A stretch of DNA of 32,000 nt from Candidatus Saccharimonadota bacterium (GTDB lineage: Bacteria; Bacteroidota; Bacteroidia; Flavobacteriales; Blattabacteriaceae). Below are positions 1 to 7,883 of the stretch, piece after piece. How positions within the stretch are numbered: the stretch's first letter is position 1; every line of letters begins with the position of its first letter. Location of the stretch: contig CP099822.1 in NCBI GenBank assembly GCA_029851105.1, positions 30,001-62,000 of the forward strand. Direction: 5' to 3'. The translations under genes and the position numbers were made by a program. The notes beneath the pieces were generated by a model, which was not told the origin of the DNA, searched no databases, and saw nothing but the letters and a program-made list of their open reading frames with translations.

Positions 1-270
1 TTAAATGGTAATGAAATGGCTAGAACTGAAACTTATAAAAAAGGTATTATTAAATTATCTACTTTTAGATCTAATATAGATTATGGATTTTATGAAGCTA
101 ATACAACATATGGTAAAATAGGTATTAAAGTATGGATTATGAAAGGAGAGATATATGAAATTAAAAAAGATTTTACTAATTTTTATAAAAATTTTTTTAA
201 AAAAAATGATAAATTTAAATTTTTTATAAAAAAAAAAAATGTCAAAAAAAATAAAAAAAAAATATTCTAA
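1..270 (+). CDS. rpsC: 30S ribosomal protein S3, C-terminal part (5' end outside window)
   Basis: Frame 1 is open from base 1 ([50 protein letters not shown]). This matches the conserved S3 C-terminal block (R.DIDY....A.TTYG.IG.KVWI.KGE). It sits directly upstream of rplP, as in the S10 operon. TAA stop at 268-270. Confidence 0.93.
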   Translation, partial: LNGNEMARTETYKKGIIKLSTFRSNIDYGFYEANTTYGKIGIKVWIMKGEIYEIKKDFTNFYKNFFKKNDKFKFFIKKKNVKKNKKKIF

Positions 271-658
271 AAGACAAAAAGGTAGAATGAAAGGTTATTC
301 TAATAGAGGTAATAAATTATATTTTGGTAAATATGGTATACAATCTATAGATAAACCTAAATATATTACTGAAAATCAAATAGAAGCAGCTAGAGTAGCT
401 TGTACTAGATATATGAAAAGAGAAGGTAAATTATATATTAATATTTATCCTAATAAACCTATTACTAAAAAACCACAAGAAGTAAGAATGGGGAAAGGTA
501 AAGGTAATGTAGAATATTTTGTAGCTATAGTTAAACCAGGTAAAATTTTATTTGAAATAAATGGTGTATCTAAAAAAGTTGCAATTGAAGCCTTAAGATT
601 ATGTTCACAAAAATTACCTATTAAGGTAAAATATGTATTTTATAATGATTTTTTTTAA
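239..658 (+). CDS. rplP: 50S ribosomal protein L16
   Basis: [13 protein letters not shown] at the N-terminus and [27 protein letters not shown] are L16 signatures. Overlaps the rpsC tail by 32 nt. Confidence 0.96.
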   Translation: MSKKIKKKYSKRQKGRMKGYSNRGNKLYFGKYGIQSIDKPKYITENQIEAARVACTRYMKREGKLYINIYPNKPITKKPQEVRMGKGKGNVEYFVAIVKPGKILFEINGVSKKVAIEALRLCSQKLPIKVKYVFYNDFF

Positions 659-670
659 ATTAATTAAATT

Positions 671-928
671 ATGAAAAATAAAATTAAAATTAAAAAAAAA
701 AAAGGTATTATTATAAGTGATAAAATGAATAAAACTAGAATAGTATATAATAATATTAAAATTAAACATAAAAAATATTATAAAACAATTTTTAGAAAAA
801 AAAAATATTTTGTACATGATGAAAAAAATATTTCTAAAAAAGGTGATTTTGTAGAAATAATTAAAACTAGACCTTTAAGTAAAAAAAAATGTTGGGTAAT
901 TAAAAAAATAATTAAAAAATTAAATTAA
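671..928 (+). CDS. rpsQ: 30S ribosomal protein S17
   Basis: KKGIIISDKMNKTRIV...KYFVHDEKN.SKKGDFVEIIKTRPLSKKKCW matches the S17 OB-fold pattern (G.V.S.KM.KT..V, ..HDE.N....GD.V.I.E.RPLSK.K.W). Confidence 0.93.
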   Translation: MKNKIKIKKKKGIIISDKMNKTRIVYNNIKIKHKKYYKTIFRKKKYFVHDEKNISKKGDFVEIIKTRPLSKKKCWVIKKIIKKLN

Positions 929-934
929 AAAAAA

Positions 935-1303
935 ATGTTACAACAAGAATCAAAATTAAAAGTTACTGATAATACTGGGGCAAAAGAAGTTTTATTAATA
1001 AGAATTTTAGGAGGATCAAATAAAAAATATGCTAGTATAGGTGATTTAATAGTAGTAACTGTTAAAAAAAATTTTATAAAAAGTAATATTAAAAAAGGAG
1101 AAATATATAAAGCTATAATAGTAAGAGTAAAAAAAAAAAAAAAAAGATTAGATGGTACTTATATATCTTTTGATGATAATGCTTGTATTTTATTAAATGA
1201 TAATAAAGAAATAAAAGGTACTAGAATATTTGGACCTGTAGCTAAAGAATTAAGATATAAAGGATATATGAAAATAATTTCTTTATCTAATTATGTTGTT
1301 TAG
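935..1303 (+). CDS. rplN: 50S ribosomal protein L14
   Basis: MLQQESKLKVTDNTGAKEV...GDLIVVTVKK...RLDGTYISFDDNACILLN...GTRIFGPVAKELR is near-canonical L14. TAG stop. Confidence 0.97.
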   Translation: MLQQESKLKVTDNTGAKEVLLIRILGGSNKKYASIGDLIVVTVKKNFIKSNIKKGEIYKAIIVRVKKKKKRLDGTYISFDDNACILLNDNKEIKGTRIFGPVAKELRYKGYMKIISLSNYVV

Positions 1304-1330
1304 TATAATTTTAAATTATTAAAAAAAAAT

Positions 1331-1681
1331 ATGTTTAAATTAAAAAATGGAGATAAAGTAATAATAATAGCAGGTAAAGAAAAAGGTAAAAAAGGTAAAA
1401 TAATTAAAATTTTTAAAAAAAAAAGAAAAGTACATGTAAAAAATATTAATATAGTTAAAAAGCATTTTAAAAAAAAAAATATTAATATTAATAATAATAA
1501 TTATAAAATAATATTTAAAGAATCAAAAATAGATATTTCTAATGTTTCTATAGAAGATCCTATATTAAAATGTCCTACTAAAATTAAAATTAAAAAATTA
1601 AATAATGGTAATAAAATAAGAATTTGTAAAAAATCTAATACTATTTTAGTAGATAAAAAAAAAAAAATTAAATTAAATTAA
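1331..1681 (+). CDS. rplX: 50S ribosomal protein L24
   Basis: KLKNGDKVIIIAGKEKGKKGKIIKI....KVHVKNINIVKKHFK matches the L24 KOW motif region. Position is between rplN and rplE. Confidence 0.9.
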   Translation: MFKLKNGDKVIIIAGKEKGKKGKIIKIFKKKRKVHVKNINIVKKHFKKKNININNNNYKIIFKESKIDISNVSIEDPILKCPTKIKIKKLNNGNKIRICKKSNTILVDKKKKIKLN

Positions 1682-1684
1682 ATT

Positions 1685-2257
1685 ATGTATATACCTAGAT
1701 TAAAAAAAAGATATAAAATAAAAATTGTTAATTTTTTAATTAAAAAATTTAAATATAAAAATATTATGCAAGTACCTAAATTAATTAAAATTGTTATTAA
1801 TATAGGATTAGGTATAGCTATTAAAAATAAAAAATATTTATTTGATACAATGAAAGATTTAACATTAATAACAGGACAAAAATCTATTTATAGATTATCT
1901 AAAAAAGATGAAGCAGGATTTAAATTAAGAAAAGGTACTCCTATAGGTTGTATGGTAACTTTAAGAAAAAATATAATGTACGAATTTTTAGATAGACTAA
2001 TATCAGTAGCTTTACCTAGATCTAAAGATTTTAATGGTATTAAAGATAATAGTTTTGATGGTAGAGGTAATTATAATTTAGGAATAAAAGAACATATAAT
2101 TTTTCCTGAAATTAATTTTGATGAAGTTAAAAGAATTTATGGTATGAATATAAGTATTGTAACAAGTACTGATAAAGATAAAGAAGCTAAATATTTATTA
2201 ATGTATTTAGGGTTACCATTTAAAAATAAAAATATATATGGCAAAAGAATCAATTAA
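1685..2257 (+). CDS. rplE: 50S ribosomal protein L5
   Basis: [69 protein letters not shown] and GMNISIVT are all L5 blocks. Confidence 0.96.
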   Translation: MYIPRLKKRYKIKIVNFLIKKFKYKNIMQVPKLIKIVINIGLGIAIKNKKYLFDTMKDLTLITGQKSIYRLSKKDEAGFKLRKGTPIGCMVTLRKNIMYEFLDRLISVALPRSKDFNGIKDNSFDGRGNYNLGIKEHIIFPEINFDEVKRIYGMNISIVTSTDKDKEAKYLLMYLGLPFKNKNIYGKRIN

Positions 2258-2507
2258 AGCTAGACAAAAAAAAAAAAAAAAATTATTTTTAAAATATAAT
2301 AAAAAAAGAAAATTATATATTAAAAAAAAAAAATATTTAGATTTACAAAAAATACCTAAAAATTCTTCTATTGTTAGATTAAAAAATTTATGTAAAATAA
2401 CAGGTAGATCTAGAGGTTATATAAGATTTTTTGGTATATCACGTATAGAATTTAGAAGATTAGCTTCTAATGGATTAATACCAGGTATTAAAAAATCAAG
2501 TTGGTAA
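2238..2507 (+). CDS. rpsN: 30S ribosomal protein S14 (89-aa form)
   Basis: [12 protein letters not shown]...[52 protein letters not shown] is canonical S14. Overlaps the rplE tail by 20 nt. Confidence 0.96.
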   Translation: MAKESIKARQKKKKKLFLKYNKKRKLYIKKKKYLDLQKIPKNSSIVRLKNLCKITGRSRGYIRFFGISRIEFRRLASNGLIPGIKKSSW

Positions 2508-2524
2508 TATTAAAATAATAATAA

Positions 2525-2905
2525 ATGGATAATATAAGTAATTATTTAACTTTAATAAGAAATGCATGTAAAGTAAAACATTCTTATGTAAAAGTTAATT
2601 ATTTAATAATAAATTATAATATAACTAAAATATTATATAAATATAATTATATAAAAAGTTATAAAGTATATAAAAAAAAAAAAAAAATTTTAATATATTT
2701 AAAATATATTAATAATTATTCAGTCATAAAAGTTATTAAAAGAATAAGTAAACCAAGTTTAAGAAAATATATAAAATATAAAAATATTTTAAATATTTTA
2801 AATGGTTATGGTATTTCTATAATATCTACTTCTAAAGGTATTATGACTGGTAATGAAGCTAAATTAAATAAAATAGGTGGTGAAATATTATGTATAATTT
2901 ATTAA
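2525..2905 (+). CDS. rpsH: 30S ribosomal protein S8
   Basis: ISNYLTLIRNA at the N-terminus, RISKPSLRKYIKYKN and GYGISIISTSKGIMTGNEAKLNKIGGEILCIIY match S8. Confidence 0.94.
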   Translation: MDNISNYLTLIRNACKVKHSYVKVNYLIINYNITKILYKYNYIKSYKVYKKKKKILIYLKYINNYSVIKVIKRISKPSLRKYIKYKNILNILNGYGISIISTSKGIMTGNEAKLNKIGGEILCIIY

Positions 2906-2915
2906 AAATTAAAAA

Positions 2916-3470
2916 ATGTCTAGAATAGGTAATAAATATATTATTATTCCTGATAATGTTAATATTTTTTTTAAAAAAAAATATATATATGTAAATGGTA
3001 AATTAGGAATTTTAAAAGAAAAAATTAATAATAATATAAAAATTAAAATTAATAATAATAAAATTTATTTTTTAAATAAAAAAAATAATAAAAAAAAATA
3101 TAAAAGTTTACATGGGTTATATAGAATGTTAATTTATAATATGATAATAGGTGTTAAAAAAGGATTTAATAAAAAATTAGAATTAGTAGGAGTAGGTTAT
3201 AAAGCTGAAGTATATAATAATGGTAAAATTTTAAAATTAAATGTAGGATTTTCACATGAAATAATTATAAAATTTTGTACATTAATAAATGTTAATATTT
3301 TAAATATTAAAGGTTCTAATCCTATTATTAATGTGTTTAGTATAAATAAACAATTATTAGGTACAGTAGTATCTAAAATAAGATCTATTAAAAAACCTGA
3401 TCCATATAAAGGAAAAGGAATTAAATATAAAAATGAAAAAATAATTTTAAAAAAAGGTAAATCTGTATGA
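2916..3470 (+). CDS. rplF: 50S ribosomal protein L6
   Basis: MSRIGNKYIIIP N-terminus, LELVGVGYKAE, GFSHEI and SIKKPDPYKGKGIKYKNE match L6. It ends in the only TGA stop of the window, inside an ATGA overlap with rplR. Confidence 0.94.
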   Translation: MSRIGNKYIIIPDNVNIFFKKKYIYVNGKLGILKEKINNNIKIKINNNKIYFLNKKNNKKKYKSLHGLYRMLIYNMIIGVKKGFNKKLELVGVGYKAEVYNNGKILKLNVGFSHEIIIKFCTLINVNILNIKGSNPIINVFSINKQLLGTVVSKIRSIKKPDPYKGKGIKYKNEKIILKKGKSV

Positions 3471-3754
3471 AAAAAAAAATATTTAGAATATCAGTTTTTA
3501 GAAGTAATAAAGAAATATATGTTCAAATAATAGATGATATAAAAGAAAAAACTATTTTATCATATTCTTCAATAAAAGAAAAAAAAAACAAAAAAACTAA
3601 ATCTGAAATTTCTAAAATAGTAGGTAAAAAAATAGCTATAAAAATGTTAAAAAAAAAAATAAAAAAAGCTTTTTTTAATAGGAATAGATATATATATCAT
3701 GGTAGAATTAAATTTTTAATAGAATCAATGAGAAAAAATGGTATTATTATTTAA
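3467..3754 (+). CDS. rplR: 50S ribosomal protein L18 (N-terminally shortened, 95 aa)
   Basis: RISVFRSNKEIYVQIIDD and FNRNRYIYHGRIKFLIESMRKNGI match L18 blocks (RL.VFRSN.HIYAQ.IDD, DR.GY.YHGR.KA.A...RE.G). The usual basic N-terminal ~20 aa are absent. Confidence 0.9.
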   Translation: MKKKIFRISVFRSNKEIYVQIIDDIKEKTILSYSSIKEKKNKKTKSEISKIVGKKIAIKMLKKKIKKAFFNRNRYIYHGRIKFLIESMRKNGIII

Positions 3755-3772
3755 TAATTTTAAAAATTAAAA

Positions 3773-4279
3773 ATGTTTTATTTTAAAAAAAAAAATTTTA
3801 TTAATCCTAATAATTTAAAATTAAAAGAAAAAATAGTTAAAATTAAAAGAGTATGTAAAGTTACTAAAGGTAGAAGATATTTTAGTTTTAGTACTATAAT
3901 GGTAGTAGGTAATAATAATGGTATAGTAGGATATGGTATGGGTAAATCTAAAGATATTTCAGATTCTATTTATAAATCCAGTGAAAAAGCAAAAAAAAAA
4001 TTAATAAAAATACCTATTAATAATGATACTATACCACATGAACAAGTTTTTAAATATTGTAATTCTAAAATATTTTTATATCCTGCTTATAAAGGCACTG
4101 GAATAATAGCTGGATTATCAGCTAGAATAGTTTTAGAATTAGCAGGTATAAAGAATGTTTTATCAAAATTAAGAGGTTCTTCTAATATATATAATTGTGT
4201 TAAAGCTACTTATTATGCTTTAAATGAATTAATAAATTTTAATGAAAAAATTAAATTTTTAAAAATAAAAAATGGTTAA
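3773..4279 (+). CDS. rpsE: 30S ribosomal protein S5
   Basis: [39 protein letters not shown] and GTGIIAG...[18 protein letters not shown] match S5. Confidence 0.96.
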   Translation: MFYFKKKNFINPNNLKLKEKIVKIKRVCKVTKGRRYFSFSTIMVVGNNNGIVGYGMGKSKDISDSIYKSSEKAKKKLIKIPINNDTIPHEQVFKYCNSKIFLYPAYKGTGIIAGLSARIVLELAGIKNVLSKLRGSSNIYNCVKATYYALNELINFNEKIKFLKIKNG

Positions 4280-4724
4280 ATTAATTTTAAAACCTAAAAA
4301 AGGTTCTATTAAAAAAAAAAAAAGATTAGGGAGAGGAATAGGAACAGGAAAAGGTAGAACTTGTGGTAGAGGTCATAAAGGTCAAAAATCTAGATCAGGA
4401 TATTCTAAAAAAATAGGTTTTGAAGGAGGCCAAACACCTTTTTATAAAAAAGTACCTAAATTTGGATTTAAAAAAAAAAAAAAAAAATTTAATATATTAA
4501 ATATTAAAGATATACAAAAAATAATTGATAAATATAAAATTAAAGATAATAAAATAGACAAAAAATTATTAATTTCTTTAAAAATTTTAAGTAAAAAAAA
4601 TAAAAAAAAATTAAAAATATTATCACAGGGTAATTTAAAACAAAAAATTATTATATATGCTAATAAATTTAGTAAAAAAGCATATGAAAAAATAAAAAAA
4701 AATGGTAGTAAAATTAAATTTTAA
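4272..4724 (+). CDS. rplO: 50S ribosomal protein L15
   Basis: [25 protein letters not shown]...[15 protein letters not shown] is the L15 signature. Overlaps rpsE by 8 nt. Confidence 0.95.
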   Translation: MVKLILKPKKGSIKKKKRLGRGIGTGKGRTCGRGHKGQKSRSGYSKKIGFEGGQTPFYKKVPKFGFKKKKKKFNILNIKDIQKIIDKYKIKDNKIDKKLLISLKILSKKNKKKLKILSQGNLKQKIIIYANKFSKKAYEKIKKNGSKIKF

Positions 4725-4768
4725 ATTAATATTATTTTATATAATATATAATAATTATAAATAATTAT

Positions 4769-4984
4769 ATGGTTAAACAAAAAAATATTGAATTAGAAGG
4801 TCTAGTAATAGAAGCTTTACCTAATGCTATGTTTAGAGTTAAATTAAAAAATAATAATATAATAATAGGACATATATCAGGTAAAATTAGAAGAAATTAT
4901 ATTAAAATATTACCTGGTGATAAAGTTAAAATAGAAATATCACCTTATGATAATAAAAAAGGTAGAATAAAATATAGATTTTAA
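4769..4984 (+). CDS. infA: translation initiation factor IF-1
   Basis: [64 protein letters not shown] is near-canonical IF-1 (S1-like OB fold). Confidence 0.97.
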   Translation: MVKQKNIELEGLVIEALPNAMFRVKLKNNNIIIGHISGKIRRNYIKILPGDKVKIEISPYDNKKGRIKYRF

Positions 4985-4990
4985 ATAAAA

Positions 4991-5107
4991 ATGAAAAAAG
5001 TAGCGTCATTAAAAAAAAGAAATAAAAATTGTAAAATAGTAAAAAGAAAAGGTATATTAAGAATTATTAATAAAATAAAACCTAGATTTAAACAAAAACA
5101 AGGTTAA
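4991..5107 (+). CDS. rpmJ: 50S ribosomal protein L36 (38 aa; missing from the supplied ORF track)
   Basis: Hand translation of 4991-5107 gives [38 protein letters not shown]. It is the same length as L36 (MKVRAS.KK...CKIV.R.G...VI...P..KQRQG) and aligns column for column. It sits between infA and rpsM as expected. Confidence 0.9.
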   Translation: MKKVASLKKRNKNCKIVKRKGILRIINKIKPRFKQKQG

Positions 5108-5135
5108 TATAAATAAAAATATAATTAAATAAAAT

Positions 5136-5513
5136 ATGGCTATAATAGCAGGTATAAATATACCTAATAATAAAAGAATTATAATAGCATTAACTTATAT
5201 ATATGGGATTGGTAAAAGTTTATCTAAAAAAATATTATTATTAAATAATATTAATATTAATAAAAAAATAAAAAATTTAAATAATAAAGACTTAAATAAT
5301 ATTAATAATTATATTAATAATAATTTAAAAGTAGAAGGTGAATTACGTTCAGAAATACAATTTAATATAAAAAAATTAAAAGATATACGTTGTTATAGAG
5401 GTATAAGACATAAAAAAAAATTACCTTTAAGAGGTCAAAGAACAAAAAATAATTCTAGAACAAGAAAAGGTAAAAAAAAAACTATAGCTAATAAAAAAAA
5501 ATCTATTAAATAA
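5136..5513 (+). CDS. rpsM: 30S ribosomal protein S13
   Basis: MAIIAGINIPNNKRIIIALTYIYGIGKS.SKKIL and IRCYRGIRHKKKLPLRGQRTKNNSRTRKG match S13. Confidence 0.96.
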   Translation: MAIIAGINIPNNKRIIIALTYIYGIGKSLSKKILLLNNININKKIKNLNNKDLNNINNYINNNLKVEGELRSEIQFNIKKLKDIRCYRGIRHKKKLPLRGQRTKNNSRTRKGKKKTIANKKKSIK

Positions 5514-5522
5514 TAAATAAAT

Positions 5523-5897
5523 ATGAAAAAAAAAAAAATAAAAAAAAAAAATATATATTATGGTGATATATATATACATTCTACATTTAATAATATTATA
5601 ATATCTTTAACTGATAAAATAGGTAATGTTTTAGCATGGTCTTCTTCAGGTAAAATGAAATTTAAGGGATCTAAAAAAAATACTCCATTTGCAGGACAAA
5701 TTACAGCACAAAATATTATAGATAAATGTTTATCATTAGGTATTAAAAAAGTAGATATAATAATAAAAGGACCTGGTTCAGGTAGAGATTCAGCTATTAG
5801 AACTATTAGTAATAATGGTATAAATATTTTATCTATTAAAGATAGAACACCTTTACCTCATAATGGATGTAGACCACCTAAAAAAAGAAGAATTTAA
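5523..5897 (+). CDS. rpsK: 30S ribosomal protein S11
   Basis: [28 protein letters not shown]...[13 protein letters not shown] and [11 protein letters not shown]......[17 protein letters not shown] match S11. Confidence 0.96.
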   Translation: MKKKKIKKKNIYYGDIYIHSTFNNIIISLTDKIGNVLAWSSSGKMKFKGSKKNTPFAGQITAQNIIDKCLSLGIKKVDIIIKGPGSGRDSAIRTISNNGINILSIKDRTPLPHNGCRPPKKRRI

Positions 5898-5922
5898 TTT
5901 TAATTTTTAAAAAAAAAAAAAA

Positions 5923-6534
5923 ATGTCAAGATATTTAGGACCTAAAAATAAAATATCTAGAAAATTTGGTATATATATATGTGGAAATAAAAAATATTTT
6001 GAAAGAAAAAAATATCCACCTGGACAACATGGGTTATTAAGAAAAAGAATAAGTAAAAAATCTTATTATTCTATTCAATTATTAGAAAAACAAAAAGTTA
6101 AATATATGTATGGTATATTAGAAAAACAATTTAAAAAAATGTTTAATATAGTATATAAAAAAAAAGGTATAACAGGAGATTTATTATTACAAATGTGTGA
6201 ACGTAGATTAGATAATGTAGTATATAGAATAGGTTATACAGTATCTAGATTTGCTGCTAGACAATTAGTAACTCATAAACATATTAAAGTAAATAATAAA
6301 ATTGTAAATATACCATCATTTAATATTAAAATAGGAGATATAATTTCTTTAAAAGAAAAAATGAAAAAAAATATTAATATTTTAAATTCATTATCAATAA
6401 GAAAAAATTTAATTAAAAATTGGTTAAAATGGAAAGATGATATTATGTCAGCTGAATGTTTAAAATTACCAAATATTAATGATATAGATATAAAAATTAA
6501 TACTCAATTAATAGTAGAATTATATTCTAAGTAG
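5923..6534 (+). CDS. rpsD: 30S ribosomal protein S4
   Basis: MSRYLGPKNKISRKFG, YSIQLLEKQKVKYMYGILEKQF and LERRLDNVVYRIGY..SR..ARQLV.H.HI.VN match S4 including its S4 RNA-binding domain. TAG stop. Confidence 0.96.
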   Translation: MSRYLGPKNKISRKFGIYICGNKKYFERKKYPPGQHGLLRKRISKKSYYSIQLLEKQKVKYMYGILEKQFKKMFNIVYKKKGITGDLLLQMCERRLDNVVYRIGYTVSRFAARQLVTHKHIKVNNKIVNIPSFNIKIGDIISLKEKMKKNINILNSLSIRKNLIKNWLKWKDDIMSAECLKLPNINDIDIKINTQLIVELYSK

Positions 6535-6542
6535 AAAATAAA

Positions 6543-7487
6543 ATGAATAAATTTAAAATTTTAATTTTAAAAAATAATTATAAATTAGGATTATTTAAAA
6601 TTTATCCAATATATACTGGATATAGTATAACTATAGGTAATACTCTTAGAAGAGTATTATTATCTTCTTTATATGGTTATTCAATTAGTTATTTTAAAAT
6701 TAATAATATTATACATGAATTTACTTATATTAAAGGTATTATAGAAGATGTTACAGAAATAATTTTAAATTTAAAAAAAATTAAATTTAAAATTAAAAAC
6801 AAAAAAATAAATAAAGAAATTATTAATATTAATATAAATAATAAAAAAAATAAAATATATGCTGGGGATATTGATAATTTTACAAATTATTTTAAAGTAA
6901 TTAATAAAAATTTAATAATTTGTAATAAAGAAGAATCAATTAATTTTAATATTACTTTAATAATAGAAAAAGGTAAAGGATATGTACCATCAGAAGATAA
7001 AAAAAAATATAAAGATTTTATACCTATAGATTCTATTTATACTCCTATTTTAAAAGTTACTTTTAAAGGTAAAAAATATAAAAAAAATTTAGAAATTTTA
7101 AAAATAAAAATATTAACTGATGGTACTATTAGTCCTATAAAATCTTTAATAAAATCTTCTAAAATATTAATTAAGATATTTAATATTTTATCAAAAAAAA
7201 AAAAATATTTAATATATAAAAATATTAAAAAATTAAAAGAATATGATATAAAATTACTTAAAATTAAAGAATTATTAAATAATAAATTAAGTAATGAAAA
7301 TTTTACAGTTAGAACAATTAATTGTTTAAATAAAAATAAAATTTATAAATGGAAAGATTTAGTAATTTTAAAAAAATCAGATTTATTAAAAATTAAAAAT
7401 TTTGGTAAAAAATCTTTTAAAGAATTAATAAATAAAATGAATAAAAAAAAATTAAATTTTAAAATGGATATAAAAAAATATAATTAA
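6543..7487 (+). CDS. rpoA: DNA-directed RNA polymerase subunit alpha
   Basis: The N-terminal domain has ITIGNTLRRVLLSSL and GKGYVPSE. The C-terminal domain has FTVRTINCLNKNKIYKWKDLVILKKSDLLKIKNFGKKSFKELINKM (alpha-CTD helix-hairpin-helix). Position is rpsD-rpoA-rplQ. Confidence 0.93.
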   Translation: MNKFKILILKNNYKLGLFKIYPIYTGYSITIGNTLRRVLLSSLYGYSISYFKINNIIHEFTYIKGIIEDVTEIILNLKKIKFKIKNKKINKEIINININNKKNKIYAGDIDNFTNYFKVINKNLIICNKEESINFNITLIIEKGKGYVPSEDKKKYKDFIPIDSIYTPILKVTFKGKKYKKNLEILKIKILTDGTISPIKSLIKSSKILIKIFNILSKKKKYLIYKNIKKLKEYDIKLLKIKELLNNKLSNENFTVRTINCLNKNKIYKWKDLVILKKSDLLKIKNFGKKSFKELINKMNKKKLNFKMDIKKYN

Positions 7488-7496
7488 ATTTAAATT

Positions 7497-7868
7497 ATGA
7501 AACATTATATAAAAAAAAAAAATTTAAGTAGAAAATATTCACATAGAAAAATTATGTTATCTAATATGTCATGTTCATTAATTATATATAAATCTATATA
7601 TACTACTTTATGTAAAGCTAAAGAATTACAAAAATATATAGAACCTATTTTAGGTAAATTAAAAAAAAATAATTTACATAATAAAAGATTAATATTTAAT
7701 AAATTAAGAAATAAAAAAGTAATAAAAATTTTATTAAATGATATTTTAAAAAAAATTAATAATAGAAAAGGTGGATATACTAGAATTTTAAAAGTAGGTT
7801 ATAGAAAAGGTGATTCTTCTATTATGTCTATTATTCAATTAGTAGATTTTTTTAAATTTAAAAAATAA
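7497..7868 (+). CDS. rplQ: 50S ribosomal protein L17
   Basis: LSRKYSHRKIMLSNMSCSLI....I.TTLCKAKELQKYIEPIL and GGYTRILK.GYRKGD match L17. Confidence 0.94.
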   Translation: MKHYIKKKNLSRKYSHRKIMLSNMSCSLIIYKSIYTTLCKAKELQKYIEPILGKLKKNNLHNKRLIFNKLRNKKVIKILLNDILKKINNRKGGYTRILKVGYRKGDSSIMSIIQLVDFFKFKK

Positions 7869-7883
7869 TTTTTTTTTTAAAAA

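Noticed and set aside
614-817. 67-aa minus-strand ORF antisense to the rplP end and the rpsQ start.
   Set aside because: It overlaps two strongly supported r-protein genes on the opposite strand. Stop codons are TA-rich, but long antisense ORFs still arise by chance in poly-A/T coding sequence. It has no recognisable motif.
4991-5107. L36 has lost three of the four zinc ligands (C11N, C27N, H33F relative to E. coli RpmJ), keeping only one Cys.
   Set aside because: The ...C.IV.R.G...VIN...P.FKQ.QG form looks like the zinc-independent (C-minus) L36 type. I believe this type is the normal one in Bacteroidota, and it resembles E. coli YkgO. It is therefore probably a lineage trait, not a novelty. 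It is still worth a quick alignment check.
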